A stretch of 64,000 nt of DNA from Clostridiales bacterium (GCA_015056175.1 SVGT01000001.1:77806-141805), one strand, 5' to 3'; shown: positions 27,234 through 37,870, counted from the stretch's first letter. A program made the numbers and translations. Notes: generated by a model from the letters alone, not told the origin.

Positions 27234-27713
27234 ATGATGTTCAGAGAAATGATGCGTAAAAACAAGCAATTGCCCCGGGAGGAATGCATCCGCCTGCTGC
27301 AGACGGAAAAGCGGGGCGTGCTGTCCGTTCTGGGCGATCACGGCTATCCCTACGGCATGCCCATGAACCACTGGTACGATCCGGAGACGGACAGGATCTA
27401 TTTTCACTGCGGGAAAGCCGGACATCGGCTGGATGCGCTGAAGACTCACAGCAAGGTTTCCTTCTGCATCTTTGATGAAGGCAGCCGTGCGTCCGATCAC
27501 TGGGCGCTGACCTTCAAAAGCGTCATCGCCTTCGGTACCGTGAAAGTCCTGGACGATAGGGAGCAGATCATCCGCATTGCCACTGCGCTCAGCCACAAAT
27601 TCACAAGCGATGACGCCTATATCCAAAGTGAAATCGAAAAATACGCCAAGGGCACGCTGCTGCTGGAAATGACGGTGGAGCACATCTCCGGCAAGCAGGT
27701 GGAAGAATCCTGA
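27234..27713 (+). CDS. Pyridoxamine 5'-phosphate oxidase-family (Nim-like) flavoprotein
   Basis: 159 aa; pattern RGVLSV..DHGYPYGMPMNHWYD...IYFHCGKAGHRLDAL is typical of split-barrel FMN-binding Nim/PNPOx-like proteins. Confidence 0.75.
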   Translation: MMFREMMRKNKQLPREECIRLLQTEKRGVLSVLGDHGYPYGMPMNHWYDPETDRIYFHCGKAGHRLDALKTHSKVSFCIFDEGSRASDHWALTFKSVIAFGTVKVLDDREQIIRIATALSHKFTSDDAYIQSEIEKYAKGTLLLEMTVEHISGKQVEES

Positions 27714-27724
27714 CAGATGGGCAT

Positions 27725-27760
27725 CAAAAAAAGAGCAGAAACAATCTGCTCTTTTTGTTT
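27725..27760. terminator. Bidirectional terminator between the PNPOx-like gene and the DMT transporter gene
   Basis: Stem AGAGCAGA/TCTGCTCT (27732..27739 and 27745..27752), A7 upstream, TTTTGTTT downstream. Confidence 0.75.
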
Positions 27761-27781
27761 GCGCAAAATGCGTTTTTCCTG

Positions 27782-28618
27782 TCAGATGTTCAGCAGCACC
27801 AGCGCCGCCAGGATGATCCCCGAGCCGATCCACTGCCGCTTGCTCAGCTTTTCCCTGAAGAGCAGCACGCCGGCCAGGGTGACCACCAGAATACCGGCCA
27901 CGCTGAAGGTGGGATACACGATCACGGCAGGCAGGTTTTCCACGGATTTGAGGAGGAAGCGGGCGGAAAAAAAGTTGGGAATACCAATGAGGAGGCCGTA
28001 CAAAATTTCGTTTTTGCCGGGACGCTCCTTCTTGTAGAGCATCAGGGCCACGCACAGGATCAGCGCCACCACAAAGGTGTAGAACACAAAATGCTCGCCC
28101 AGCGCAGGCGCGCCGTAATAGGCATACACCTTGGACATGGCGTCGCAGGCGCCGCCGGCCAGCAGCACAATAATCAGACCGGCCTTGAACTTCACCGCAT
28201 CGCTGTTCTTTTCAAAATTGATCAGCAGCATGGCCACGATAGCCAGCACAAAGCCCATGCCCTGCATGGCGGAGGGCATTTCCCCAAACAGGAAAATGGA
28301 CAGCACCATGGGAACCAGCAAGCCCAGCTTGGAGAAAATGGTGGTCAGCACCACGCCGTTTCTGCGGATGTTCACGTTCAACAAAACAAAACCGCTGAGA
28401 TACAACACGCCGTCCAGCACGCCCCAGCCGATGGTGGCGCCCAGCTCGGGCACCTTGGGCAGCAGGTTATCAAACCCGGTAAAGGCGGCGCTGAGGAAGG
28501 TGCACATCACATAATTCATCACCAGCATGCCGATTTTGTTGTTCACCTTGCTGTTGGCAAAGCGCATCAGAATATTGATCAGCGCGCTGCTCAGCACGGC
28601 CAGAATCAGATAAATCAT
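27782..28618 (-). CDS. DMT-superfamily (EamA-like) transporter
   Basis: 278 aa, ~9-10 TM helices with two-fold internal symmetry. No more specific motif was recognised. Confidence 0.6.
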   Translation of the reverse strand: MIYLILAVLSSALINILMRFANSKVNNKIGMLVMNYVMCTFLSAAFTGFDNLLPKVPELGATIGWGVLDGVLYLSGFVLLNVNIRRNGVVLTTIFSKLGLLVPMVLSIFLFGEMPSAMQGMGFVLAIVAMLLINFEKNSDAVKFKAGLIIVLLAGGACDAMSKVYAYYGAPALGEHFVFYTFVVALILCVALMLYKKERPGKNEILYGLLIGIPNFFSARFLLKSVENLPAVIVYPTFSVAGILVVTLAGVLLFREKLSKRQWIGSGIILAALVLLNI

Positions 28619-28642
28619 GGTATATCCTCCTTCAAAATCAGG

Positions 28643-29107
28643 TCAGAGCGTCAATTCCATATTGATTTCGTCTTCTTCCCTGTCCACTTCATGAAAACCA
28701 AACTGCGTATACAGGTTCAGCGCCGCTTCATCGCCCTCCACGTAGCACAAGGTTACCTTGTCAAACCGTGCCGCACGGCGCATTTCATCCAGGCACATGG
28801 CCACAGCCGCTTTGCCAAAGCCCTTGCGCTGATAGCGCGCATCGATGAACAATTGGCTCAAGATATAGCTTTGCAGCTCCGGGCAGTCATAGTACAGCCC
28901 CATGCCGACCGGCACGTCCCCATCCATGATGTAGAACGCACGGCTGTTCAGCTTGCGGTAGGCATACGCCCGCGCCAGCAGCACGGTAGCGTTGGCCACA
29001 TACGTTTCCTGCTCCTTTTTGACCGCAAGGCGGGTGCGCCAGTTGGTTTCGTCCACGTCTACAAAATGCACCGTACTTTCGTCCTCCCTGCAGAAAACTC
29101 CGGACAT
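28643..29107 (-). CDS. GNAT-family N-acetyltransferase
   Basis: Acetyl-CoA motif QRKGFGKAAV within a GNAT-like fold. The start is uncertain (ATG 29107, weak SD). Confidence 0.75.
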   Translation of the reverse strand: MSGVFCREDESTVHFVDVDETNWRTRLAVKKEQETYVANATVLLARAYAYRKLNSRAFYIMDGDVPVGMGLYYDCPELQSYILSQLFIDARYQRKGFGKAAVAMCLDEMRRAARFDKVTLCYVEGDEAALNLYTQFGFHEVDREEDEINMELTL

Positions 29108-29167
29108 ACGCAAGCGTTATCTTACCACATTCCTGCCGCTTCGCCAAGGGGCATGTCACATTCTGCA

Positions 29168-29206
29168 TATAAAAAAACAGAGCCTGTCCATTTGGACAAG
29201 CCCTGT
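29168..29206 (-). terminator. Rho-independent terminator ending the alpha/ribosomal superoperon
   Basis: Minus-strand 13-bp stem ACAGGGCTTGTCC/GGACAGGCTCTGT (two G-U pairs) with loop aaat, then TTTTTTTAT, 12 nt after the rplQ stop. Confidence 0.8.
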
Positions 29207-29217
29207 TTCGCTTAAGC

Positions 29218-29730
29218 TCAGATCAGTTCGATGATCACGCGCTCAGCGGCGTCGCCACGACGGGGACCCATCTTGTAGATACGGGTGTAGCCGCCGGTGC
29301 ACTTCTTTTCTTCGTTGCGGGCACGGTACTTGGGGCCGTACTCACGGAAGAGCTTTTCCACCACGGGATGCTTGTTATCCTTGGTGCGCTCCTTGTAATC
29401 GCTCTTGCTTTCGCCGGCGTTCTTGACTTCCTTGATGTCATACAGGTAAGCCATCATCAGACGACGGGCATGCAGCTTTTCAGGCAGGTCGTTCACGAAG
29501 GTTTCCTTCACGATCTGCTGCTTGTCGTTGTTGAATTCCTTTTCAACTTCGACGGTCTTATCATAAGTATTGATGGCCAGAGTAATCATCTTATCAACGA
29601 TGGAACGCACTTCCTTGGCCTTCGCTTCGGTGGTCTCGATGCGGCCATACCAAAGCAAATTGGTGGTCAGGTTGCGGAGCATCGCCTTACGCTGACTAGC
29701 GGTACGGCCCAGCTTACGCTCATGTGCCAT
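29218..29730 (-). CDS. rplQ: 50S ribosomal protein L17
   Basis: [26 protein letters not shown]... is the conserved bL17 N-terminus. Last gene of the alpha operon. Confidence 0.97.
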   Translation of the reverse strand: MAHERKLGRTASQRKAMLRNLTTNLLWYGRIETTEAKAKEVRSIVDKMITLAINTYDKTVEVEKEFNNDKQQIVKETFVNDLPEKLHARRLMMAYLYDIKEVKNAGESKSDYKERTKDNKHPVVEKLFREYGPKYRARNEEKKCTGGYTRIYKMGPRRGDAAERVIIELI

Positions 29731-29745
29731 GGGGTATTCCTCCTA

Positions 29746-30693
29746 TCACTCTTCGGTGGGACGCAGACCCAGGCCCAACGCCTGCAGCTTCTGCTCCACC
29801 TCTTCCAAGCTCTTTTTGCCCAAGTTGCGGACCTTCATCATGTCTTCCTGGTTGCGCTGAACCAGTTCGTTCACGGTGTTGATACCGGCACGCTTCAAGC
29901 AGTTATAGGCGCGGACGGAGAGATCCAAATCTTCGATGGTCATCTCCAGCACCTTGCCCTTGTTGTCGTCTTCGGGTTCAGACATGCTGGTGGGCAGGGT
30001 CTGATCCGTCAGACCGACGAACAGTGCAAGCTGTTCGTGCAAAATCCGCGCGGCCATGGAAATGGCCTCATCAGGCTGAACGCTGCCGTCCGTCCAGACT
30101 TCCAGCGTCAGTTTGTCATAGTCCGTGATCTGGCCCACACGAGTATCTTCGATCTCATAGTTCACCTTCCGGATGGGGGTGTAGATCGAGTCGATGGGAA
30201 TCACACCAATGGGCATCTGGGGATTCTTATTCTTGTCGGAAGAGACATAGCCGCGGCCGCGGTCCAGGCTCAGCCACATATGCAGCTGGGCGCCTTCGCT
30301 CAGCGTGGCGATGTGCAGATCCTTGTTGATGATCTCCACTTCGTCATCGGCCTTGATATCGCCGGCAGTCACTTCGCAGGGACCGACAGCGTTGACTTCC
30401 ACCATCTTCACCTGATCGCCGTACAGCTTCACAGACAGGTTCTTCAGGTTGAGGATGATCTCGGTCACGTCTTCCTTTACGCCGGGAACGGTAGAAAACT
30501 CATGCTGAACGCCGTCAATGTTCACACTGGTGACAGCGGCGCCAGGCAGGGAGTTAATCAGCACACGGCGCAGGGAATTACCCAGCGTATGCCCAAAACC
30601 GCGCTCCAGCGGCTCTATGACAAAACGGCCATAGGTACCATCTTCGGCCATCTTTGTACATTCGATGCGCGCTTTTTCGATTTCGGTGATCAC
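29746..30693 (-). CDS. rpoA: DNA-directed RNA polymerase subunit alpha
   Basis: 315 aa with [13 protein letters not shown]-type N-terminal-domain motif and the C-terminal-domain [14 protein letters not shown]. Confidence 0.98.
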   Translation of the reverse strand: MITEIEKARIECTKMAEDGTYGRFVIEPLERGFGHTLGNSLRRVLINSLPGAAVTSVNIDGVQHEFSTVPGVKEDVTEIILNLKNLSVKLYGDQVKMVEVNAVGPCEVTAGDIKADDEVEIINKDLHIATLSEGAQLHMWLSLDRGRGYVSSDKNKNPQMPIGVIPIDSIYTPIRKVNYEIEDTRVGQITDYDKLTLEVWTDGSVQPDEAISMAARILHEQLALFVGLTDQTLPTSMSEPEDDNKGKVLEMTIEDLDLSVRAYNCLKRAGINTVNELVQRNQEDMMKVRNLGKKSLEEVEQKLQALGLGLRPTEE

Positions 30694-30755
30694 GATAATT
30701 TGCCCTCCTATTAGGTGCCTTCGGTTGAGGGAATTTCAAGCAGCGGGGTTTATGA

Positions 30756-31382
30756 TTAGCGGGAGTAGTACTCGACGATCATGTTCTCCTGCAGCGTGAA
30801 ATCGATATCCTCGCGGCTGGGCAGGGCGTTCACCGTAGCGGTCAGCTGATCGGCGTTCACCGTGAGCCACTTGGGCACGATGCGGCTGGAGCCTTCGCGA
30901 GCGGCCTTGAACAGGGCCACTTCCTTGCTGCCTTCGCGGACAGTCAGGACATCGTTGGCATCCATGGTGTAGGAAGGAATGTCCACCTTCTTGCCGTTGA
31001 CGGCGAAGTGGCCGTGCAGCACCAGCTGACGGGCCTGGGGACGGGAAGCAGCAAAGCCAGCGCGGTACACCACGTTGTCAATGCGGCGCTCCAGCAGGGA
31101 CAGCAGGTTTTCGCCGGTGATGCCCTTCATGCTGGTGGCTTCCAGATAAGTCTTGTAGAACTGGCCCTCGAGCAGACCGTAAGCGCGGCGTGCCTTCTGC
31201 TTTTCACGCAGCTGAGCACCATATTCGCTCATCTTGCGCTGACGAGCCTGACCATGCTGGCCAGGAGGGGTGGGACGCTTGCTAACAGCGCACTTCTGGG
31301 AGAAGCACTTTTCGCCCTTCAGGAAGAGCTTGGTGCCCTCACGACGGCACAAACGGCACACAGAGCCGGTATATCTTGCCAT
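30756..31382 (-). CDS. rpsD: 30S ribosomal protein S4
   Basis: [26 protein letters not shown]... Start trimmed to ATG 31382. Confidence 0.97.
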   Translation of the reverse strand: MARYTGSVCRLCRREGTKLFLKGEKCFSQKCAVSKRPTPPGQHGQARQRKMSEYGAQLREKQKARRAYGLLEGQFYKTYLEATSMKGITGENLLSLLERRIDNVVYRAGFAASRPQARQLVLHGHFAVNGKKVDIPSYTMDANDVLTVREGSKEVALFKAAREGSSRIVPKWLTVNADQLTATVNALPSREDIDFTLQENMIVEYYSR

Positions 31383-31494
31383 TTTTGGGAACCTCCTCAG
31401 ATTCACTCATGTTGATTGATCGCCGGTCAAACGCGCATTGCGCAGTTACCGGCCGGGCGTATCTGCAAACAGCTTTTGCAGAACAAGTCCCCGC
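31383..31494 (-). promoter_or_regulatory. Structured 112-nt spacer upstream of rpsD (candidate S4 autoregulatory leader)
   Basis: Contains stems CTGCAAA/TTTGCAG and a compound hairpin CGGT-AAC-GCGC(aat)GCGC-GTT-ACCG just upstream of the rpsD GAGGAGG SD. Confidence 0.3.
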
Positions 31495-31899
31495 TTACAC
31501 GCGACGACGCTTGGGGGGGCGGCAGCCGTTGTGGGGAATGGGAGTCACGTCCTTGATCATGGTGACGTCCAGACCCGCGGTCTGCAGCGCACGGATGGCG
31601 GCTTCACGGCCGGAGCCGGGGCCCTTGACCATCACGTCCACGGACTTGAGACCGAATTCCTTGCTGGCGTTGGCAGCAGTTTCAGCAGCCATCTGAGCAG
31701 CGAAAGGAGTGGACTTCTTGTTGCCGCGGAAACCCATGCCGCCGGCGCTGGCCCAGCTCAGGGCGTTGCCGTTGGTATCGGTAATGGTAACGATGGTGTT
31801 ATTGAAAGAAGAACGGATGTGGGCAACGCCGCGCTCCACGAGCTTCTTCTCGCGGCGCTTGCGCGCAACCTTCTTAAGAGCAGTCTTTTTGGGTGCCAT
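31495..31899 (-). CDS. rpsK: 30S ribosomal protein S11
   Basis: 134 aa; [18 protein letters not shown] and the C-terminal [18 protein letters not shown] are diagnostic. Confidence 0.98.
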   Translation of the reverse strand: MAPKKTALKKVARKRREKKLVERGVAHIRSSFNNTIVTITDTNGNALSWASAGGMGFRGNKKSTPFAAQMAAETAANASKEFGLKSVDVMVKGPGSGREAAIRALQTAGLDVTMIKDVTPIPHNGCRPPKRRRV

Positions 31900-32029
31900 T
31901 TTTCTTATCCCTCCGAACCCCTGCGCGGGGTTTAATTCGGTTAGCAGTTAGGCTATGCACATGCTTTGAGCATATGCAGCTTCAGATGTGCCGGGCAAAG
32001 GACATACCTTTCCCCTGAGAATGCATATC

Positions 32030-32398
32030 TTACTTCTTCTTGCCGCCGACCGTACGCTTGGGGCCCTTGCGGGTACGCGCATTGGTCTTGGTATTCTGGC
32101 CACGGACAGGCAGGTTGCGACGATGACGGACACCGCGGTAGCTGCCAATTTCCACAAGGCGCTTGATGTTCATGGAAACTTCACGGCGCAGGTCGCCTTC
32201 AACCTTCACGTTGTGCTCGATGTAATCGCGCAGCTTACCGATTTCAGTTTCAGTAAGATCCTTCACGCGGGTATCGGGGTTCACTTCGGTTTCGGCCAGA
32301 ATCTGCTTGGCCACAGTGGGGCCAATGCCGTAGATGTACGTCAAACCAGCCTCGACGCGCTTTTCTCTGGGCAAATCAACGCCCGCAATACGTGCCAT
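32030..32398 (-). CDS. rpsM: 30S ribosomal protein S13
   Basis: [26 protein letters not shown]... is the conserved uS13. Confidence 0.98.
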   Translation of the reverse strand: MARIAGVDLPREKRVEAGLTYIYGIGPTVAKQILAETEVNPDTRVKDLTETEIGKLRDYIEHNVKVEGDLRREVSMNIKRLVEIGSYRGVRHRRNLPVRGQNTKTNARTRKGPKRTVGGKKK

Positions 32399-32683
32399 GT
32401 GTTGGTTACACCTCCAAATATTTGGGTAACACCTCAGTTTGCATCTTCCGTGCGGCGTAGATAACGCACAGTCAAGGCACCCTAAGGCACCGGGACGGGC
32501 ACGTCACAACCCTGTACGTGCCTCTGCCCGCCTAAGCTTTTGCCCGGCGGGGATGCGAAGGCTTTTAGCCTTCCGGTGGATTATATGAACAGCTTTGGTG
32601 GTCCCAAAGTCGCCTTTGGGCAGCCGCCCACCGCAAGCGGTCATAACATGTGTTTCAGCCGTCTAAACGGCTCTTGCAATGGA
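32399..32683 (-). promoter_or_regulatory. 285-nt structured spacer between rpmJ and rpsM (candidate internal promoter plus alpha-operon leader)
   Basis: TTGGGA (32607..32602), 16-nt spacer, TATAAT (32585..32580) on the minus strand. Several GC hairpins (GAAGGCT/AGCCTTC, GGCACG/CGTGCC) lie between that promoter and the rpsM SD. Confidence 0.4.
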
Positions 32684-32836
<153 letters not shown>

Positions 32837-32952
32837 TTATGACGCCCCCGATGCGGGGACAGGTATCCATTTGGCAGAAAAATGGGTTAGTTTTTTCCGC
32901 CGGCCGTCAGAGAGCCTGACGGCAGAAAAAGGCCTTTTTCAAAGCCTTGATC

Positions 32953-33174
32953 TCAGTTTTTGCTGCGCCAGGTAATGCGGCCGCGGGTCAGATCATAGGG
33001 AGACAGTTCGATGGTCACTTTATCACCGGGATAAATCCGGATAAAGTTCATGCGCATTTTACCGGAGATATGCGCCATGATACGATGACCATTGGGCAGT
33101 TCCACCTGGAACATGGCGTTGGGCAGTGCCTCGATCACCTTGCCCTCCATCTCGATCACATCGTCCTTGGACAA
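32953..33174 (-). CDS. infA: Translation initiation factor IF-1
   Basis: 73 aa; [30 protein letters not shown]... is the conserved S1-fold IF-1. Confidence 0.98.
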   Translation of the reverse strand: MSKDDVIEMEGKVIEALPNAMFQVELPNGHRIMAHISGKMRMNFIRIYPGDKVTIELSPYDLTRGRITWRSKN

Positions 33175-33178
33175 AAGG

Positions 33179-33484
33179 TCAACCCTCCCTGTTCATTGCA
33201 GCTTCCCGCTGCTCCGTGTCCGCGCGGTAAGGCGCGAGTGCTTTGCGAATATCGCTGTCCTTGAGCATTCCCTTGTGGTACATATCCACCAGCTCCGGGA
33301 AGTACACAGGACGCGAGGACAGATGCCTGAGCTTCTTTTTCTTCATATGATCCAGTTTCCTGGTATCACCATCGCTCATGAGCACCACATCGGTGTCCAA
33401 TGATAATAATACCACAAAACACCTGTCTTTGTCACGCCCTTTTTTGGAAAAAACTACGCTTCCGGGCAAAATTTTTGCTTTCAT
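33179..33484 (-). CDS. KOW-domain RNA-binding protein (Clostridia map-infA spacer gene)
   Basis: 101 aa; the N-terminus [19 protein letters not shown] resembles a KOW motif. The conserved position between map and infA is seen in Clostridia. Confidence 0.65.
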   Translation of the reverse strand: MKAKILPGSVVFSKKGRDKDRCFVVLLSLDTDVVLMSDGDTRKLDHMKKKKLRHLSSRPVYFPELVDMYHKGMLKDSDIRKALAPYRADTEQREAAMNREG

Positions 33485-33486
33485 TT

Positions 33487-34260
33487 TTAAATTTCACCCC
33501 ATTTGGCGTCTGGAAGCGTCAAAATCTCGGGCAAACCGTCTCCACGGATGGCGATGGTATGCTCATAATGGGCCGCGGGCATGTGATCGTTGGTGACCAC
33601 CGTCCAGCCGTCGCTGAGCTGATGCACTGCGTAATTGCCCATCACAATCATGGGTTCCACGCAGATGGTCATGCCCTGCTTCAGTCTGACGCCCCGCCCC
33701 GGCAGGCCATAATTGGGCACGCTGGGGTCCTCATGCATTTTACGCCCTATTCCGTGTCCTGTCAATGCCCGTACCGAATTATATCCGTTATTCTCAGCAT
33801 GATTTTGCACTGCAAAGCCGATATCGCCAATCCTTGCGCCATGCACCGCCGCAGCCGCGCCGCGCCAGAAGCATTCTTCCGTCACGCGGATGAGACGCTG
33901 CTTTTCCTCGTTGATCTTGCCCACCGCTGCGGTAAAGCAGCTGTCGGTCTGCCAGCCGTCCAGCATCAGCGTCACGTCTACGGAAATGATCTGGCCTTCC
34001 TTGAGCACCACGTGCTCGGAGGGAATGCCGTGAACCACTTCATCATCGATGGAGGCGCAGATGGAGGCGGGATAGCCTTCATAGCCAAACTCGGTGGGGA
34101 TCGCACCCGCCTTGCGGATCTTTTCATCCACAAAGGCGTTCAGCGCCGCCGTGGTAATACCGGGGCAAATGAACTCCTTGGCTGCGCACAACACGTCATG
34201 GAGCAGATGCCCCGCACTGCGCATTTTGGCCAATTGTTCGTCATTCTTCAGTGTGATCAT
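33487..34260 (-). CDS. map: Type I methionine aminopeptidase
   Basis: 257 aa with metal ligands in VVHGIP, DVTLMLDGWQTD, GHGIGRKMHE and EPM contexts. Confidence 0.95.
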   Translation of the reverse strand: MITLKNDEQLAKMRSAGHLLHDVLCAAKEFICPGITTAALNAFVDEKIRKAGAIPTEFGYEGYPASICASIDDEVVHGIPSEHVVLKEGQIISVDVTLMLDGWQTDSCFTAAVGKINEEKQRLIRVTEECFWRGAAAAVHGARIGDIGFAVQNHAENNGYNSVRALTGHGIGRKMHEDPSVPNYGLPGRGVRLKQGMTICVEPMIVMGNYAVHQLSDGWTVVTNDHMPAAHYEHTIAIRGDGLPEILTLPDAKWGEI

Positions 34261-34886
34261 GCGTTGATGCCCAAAACCTTCCTCACTTCCGCATAGACCC
34301 CCTCGACCTGCTGGCCGGTGCAGTCCACAACGCGGAGCGAACCTTTATTTTTGTAATAAGCGATCAGCGGCGCGGTCTGCTTCTCGTACACCTCAAGACG
34401 GTTGAGCACAGTCTCGGGCATATCGTCCTTGCGCTGGATCACCTTTTCGCCGCAGCCGGGGCAGGTATCGCCATCCAGCCGGGAGATGTGGTAGGTGCTG
34501 TTGCACTTGGGGCAGACTCTGCGGCCGGAGAGACGGTTGATGATCTCTTCATTGGGCAGTTCAAAGTCCACCACGGCGTCGATTTCCACGATGGTGTCCA
34601 GCACTTCGGCCTGAGGCACGGTGCGGGGGAAGCCATCCAGAATGTAGCCGTTTTCACAATCCTTTTCCTGCAGGCGGTCACGCACGATGGCGATCACCAC
34701 GTCATCCGGCACCAATTCGCCGCGGTCGATATAACCCTTGGCGATCACACCGGTGGGCGTCATTTCCCGGATCGCCTTGCGAAGAATATCGCCGGTGGAA
34801 ATCTGGGGGATGTTCAGGTCGTGCATCAGCAGCTGTGCCTGCGTGCCCTTACCCGCGCCGGGAGGGCCCAGAAAGATCAGTTTCAT
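34257..34886 (-). CDS. adk: Adenylate kinase (zinc-lid type)
   Basis: P-loop GPPGAGKGTQ plus lid CPKCNSTYH...CPGCG. Confidence 0.97.
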   Translation of the reverse strand: MKLIFLGPPGAGKGTQAQLLMHDLNIPQISTGDILRKAIREMTPTGVIAKGYIDRGELVPDDVVIAIVRDRLQEKDCENGYILDGFPRTVPQAEVLDTIVEIDAVVDFELPNEEIINRLSGRRVCPKCNSTYHISRLDGDTCPGCGEKVIQRKDDMPETVLNRLEVYEKQTAPLIAYYKNKGSLRVVDCTGQQVEGVYAEVRKVLGINA

Positions 34887-35042
34887 GTGCGTTCCTCCTG
34901 TGAAAAGTATTTTTGTCTGTGTTTTGCCCTTTTGGCAAAAGTCACAGAAAGCGCAGCAAACTTTTCGTTTGTGCGCTTCATAATGGCTCTAAGCCATGGA
35001 ACGCTGCGGGCGGATTGTACCTCCGCCCGCAGGCGTTATTAT

Positions 35043-36311
35043 TTAGGAAAGGAAGCCCTTGTAGTGGCGCATGGCCAGCTGGCCTTCAACCTGCTGCACG
35101 GTTTCCAGCGCAACGCTCACAGCGATCAGAATGGAAGAAGCGCCAAAGGGAATCTGGACGTTCTGCCAAACGGTCAGCAGAGAGGGCAGCGTGGAGAGCA
35201 CAGCCAGGAACAGAGCCGCGAACAGGGTCAGACGCTTGGAGGAGCGGGCCAGATATTCCACGGTGGGAGCGCCGGAGCGAATACCGGGAATGTTGCCGCC
35301 CTGCTGCTGAATGTTCTTGGCAATGTCAACAGGGTTGAAGGTGATCGCGGTGTAGAAGAACGCGAACACGATGATCAGCAGTGCGCACACCAGCATGTAC
35401 CAGATGGACATCTGGTTCATGTAAGTGGACCACCATACATAGAAACCGCTGTCGGTACCGAACATGGCGCCGATGGTGCCGGGGAAAGCCATGAAGGAAT
35501 ACGCGAAGATCAGGGGCAGCACGCCCACAGCCAGCACTTTCATGGGGATGTGGGTATTCTGGCCGCCGTACATCCTGCGGCCCACCACGCGCTTGGCGTA
35601 CTGGACGGGGATGCGGCGCTCGGCGCGGTTCACGAAGGTGACGACGCCGATGATCACCAGCGTGGTGACGATGACGATCAGCAGGTTCACAATGGCGCCG
35701 GGCACGCCGTTGAAGATGGAGGCGAAGCCGGTGGCAATACCATTGGACAGGTTGGAGATGATACCGGTGAAGATCAGCAGGGACACACCGTTGCCGATGC
35801 CGTTCTTGGTGATGCGTTCACCGATCCACATGGCCAGGGCGGTACCGCCGGCCATAGTGACGCCGATGGTCAGGTAGCCGAAGAAGTTCTTGTAGCTTGC
35901 TTCAACCACGTTCAGACCGGCAATGATGCCGATGGCCTGCAGAGCGGCCAGACCCACCGTCACATAACGGGTGATCTTCTGAATGGTCTTACGGCCCTCT
36001 TCGCCGCCTTCCTTCTGCAGGCGTTCCAGCGCGGGGATCGCGATGGTGAGCAGCTGCATGATAATGGAAGCGTTGATGTAGGGGCTGATACCCATGGCCA
36101 TAATGGTCATCTGGGAGAAGGCGCTACCGGTCATCATATTCAGCAGACCCAGAGCGTCATAAGCTTTCATGCTCTCGTTCAGCGCTTCCAGGTCGATACC
36201 CGCAACGGGGATCACGCCCAGGAGACGGAACAGAAGCAGCATGCCGAGGGTGTAGAGCAACTTTTTGCGCAGTTCAGGTACGCGCCAGGCGTTCCGCAGC
36301 GTTTCAAGCAT
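35043..36311 (-). CDS. secY: Preprotein translocase subunit SecY
   Basis: 422 aa, 10 TM, conserved N-terminus ELRKKLLYTLGMLLLFRLL. Confidence 0.97.
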   Translation of the reverse strand: MLETLRNAWRVPELRKKLLYTLGMLLLFRLLGVIPVAGIDLEALNESMKAYDALGLLNMMTGSAFSQMTIMAMGISPYINASIIMQLLTIAIPALERLQKEGGEEGRKTIQKITRYVTVGLAALQAIGIIAGLNVVEASYKNFFGYLTIGVTMAGGTALAMWIGERITKNGIGNGVSLLIFTGIISNLSNGIATGFASIFNGVPGAIVNLLIVIVTTLVIIGVVTFVNRAERRIPVQYAKRVVGRRMYGGQNTHIPMKVLAVGVLPLIFAYSFMAFPGTIGAMFGTDSGFYVWWSTYMNQMSIWYMLVCALLIIVFAFFYTAITFNPVDIAKNIQQQGGNIPGIRSGAPTVEYLARSSKRLTLFAALFLAVLSTLPSLLTVWQNVQIPFGASSILIAVSVALETVQQVEGQLAMRHYKGFLS

Positions 36312-36313
36312 GC

Positions 36314-36754
36314 TTACTTCACCTCGACTTTCCCGCCGATCGCTTCGATCTTTTCCTTGGCAGACGCCGTGACCTTATCCACGGACACGGTCAGCTTCTT
36401 CTGCAGCTCGCCGCCGCCGAGAATCTTCACGCCGTCCAGGGTCTTCTTGATCAGGCCGCAGTTGATGAGGGCTTCCGCGGTAACCACGGCGCCATCTTCA
36501 AAGCAGTTCAGAGCAGAGACGTTCACAGTCGCATATTCCTTCGCGAAGATGTTGGTGAAACCACGCTTGGGAAGACGACGGGTCAGAGGCATCTGGCCAC
36601 CTTCGAAGCCGGGACGGGGACCGCCGCCGGAACGGGCGCGAGCGCCCTTATGGCCCTTGCCGGAGGTTTTGCCCAACTGGGATCCTACGCCTCGACCGAG
36701 ACGCTTCGGGGCAGTCGTCGAACCGATAGCCGGTTGCAACTCGTGCAGTTTCAT
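36314..36754 (-). CDS. rplO: 50S ribosomal protein L15
   Basis: [37 protein letters not shown]... Start trimmed to ATG 36754 (GGAGGG SD). Confidence 0.97.
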   Translation of the reverse strand: MKLHELQPAIGSTTAPKRLGRGVGSQLGKTSGKGHKGARARSGGGPRPGFEGGQMPLTRRLPKRGFTNIFAKEYATVNVSALNCFEDGAVVTAEALINCGLIKKTLDGVKILGGGELQKKLTVSVDKVTASAKEKIEAIGGKVEVK

Positions 36755-36769
36755 ATTTGAGCCCTCCAA

Positions 36770-36952
36770 TTATTCGTTGATTTCTTCAACCTTGACCATG
36801 TGCTTCACGGCAAACAGCTGGCCGCGGATCGCAGCATTGTCAGGCTTGACAACCGTCATGCCGACCTTACGCAGGCCCAGAGCCTTGACGGTGTCAATGT
36901 GCTTCTGCAGGCTGGAGATGGGAGACTTCACCAGAGTAACTTTCAGCTTCAT
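36770..36952 (-). CDS. rpmD: 50S ribosomal protein L30
   Basis: 60 aa; MKLKVTLVKSPISSLQKHIDTVKALGLRK... Confidence 0.96.
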   Translation of the reverse strand: MKLKVTLVKSPISSLQKHIDTVKALGLRKVGMTVVKPDNAAIRGQLFAVKHMVKVEEINE

Positions 36953-36967
36953 GATTTCGTCTCCTCC

Positions 36968-37468
36968 TTAGCCCAGAATTTCTTCCACGGTCTTGCCGCG
37001 CATAGCAGCCACGGTTTCGGCGTTACGCAGGGCCTTGAGGCCTTCGATGGTCGCCTTCACGGTGTTGATGCGGTTGGAAGTACCGAAGGTCTTGGTACGG
37101 ATATCCTTGATACCGGCCAGTTCCAGCACGGCACGAGCGCCGCCGCCGGCGATAACGCCAGCACCTTCTTCGGCGGGCAGCAGCACAACCTTGGAAGTGC
37201 CGAAGTAGCCTTCGATGGCGTGGGGAATGCTGGTGCCTTCCATGGGAACGGTCACCAGGTGCTTCTTGGCGGCTTCTTCAGCCTTGCGGATGGCTTCGGG
37301 CACTTCCTTGGCCTTGCCAATGGCGGCGCCCACACGGCCATTTTCGTCACCGACGACGACCAGAGCAGCGAAGCGGAAATTCTTACCGCCCTTAACAACC
37401 TTGGTCACACGGTTCAAAGCTACCATACGGGTTTTGAATTCGCTGGCAGGTTCTTCTCTGCGTTGCAT
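36968..37468 (-). CDS. rpsE: 30S ribosomal protein S5
   Basis: 166 aa; [26 protein letters not shown] is conserved uS5. Confidence 0.98.
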   Translation of the reverse strand: MQRREEPASEFKTRMVALNRVTKVVKGGKNFRFAALVVVGDENGRVGAAIGKAKEVPEAIRKAEEAAKKHLVTVPMEGTSIPHAIEGYFGTSKVVLLPAEEGAGVIAGGGARAVLELAGIKDIRTKTFGTSNRINTVKATIEGLKALRNAETVAAMRGKTVEEILG

Positions 37469-37483
37469 GCGTTTAATCCTCCC

Positions 37484-37852
37484 TTAGAACTTCAGGCCGG
37501 CTTCGCGGGCGCCTTCGGCCAGAGCGGCGACACGGCCAGTGTACAGATAGCCACCGCGGTCAAAGACAACCTTTTCGATACCGGCGTTCATCGCACGCTC
37601 GGCCACGAGCTTGCCAACCAGTTTGGCAGCACCGGACTTATCCACTTCTTCCAGCTGGCCCTTGATAGCGGCGTCCAGGGTGGAAGCGGAAACCAGCGTG
37701 ACACCCTTGGTGTCATCGATGACCTGCGCATAGATGGACTTGTTGCTGCGATACACGCAAAGGCGCGGCATTTCGGGGGTGCCGCTGATCTTCTTGCGCA
37801 CGCGGGCGTGACGGATCACGCGCACTTCATTACGGTCGCGCTTTTTGAACAT
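37484..37852 (-). CDS. rplR: 50S ribosomal protein L18
   Basis: 122 aa; [34 protein letters not shown]. Confidence 0.98.
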   Translation of the reverse strand: MFKKRDRNEVRVIRHARVRKKISGTPEMPRLCVYRSNKSIYAQVIDDTKGVTLVSASTLDAAIKGQLEEVDKSGAAKLVGKLVAERAMNAGIEKVVFDRGGYLYTGRVAALAEGAREAGLKF

Positions 37853-37870
37853 TTGCGTTCACTCCCTTTC

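Noticed and set aside
32901-32921. Perfect 8-bp hairpin GCCGTCAG/CTGACGGC after infA, considered as a terminator.
   Set aside because: On the transcribed (minus) strand it is followed by CGGCGGAAAAAA rather than a U-tract. It is therefore not an intrinsic terminator and is reported only as a structural element.
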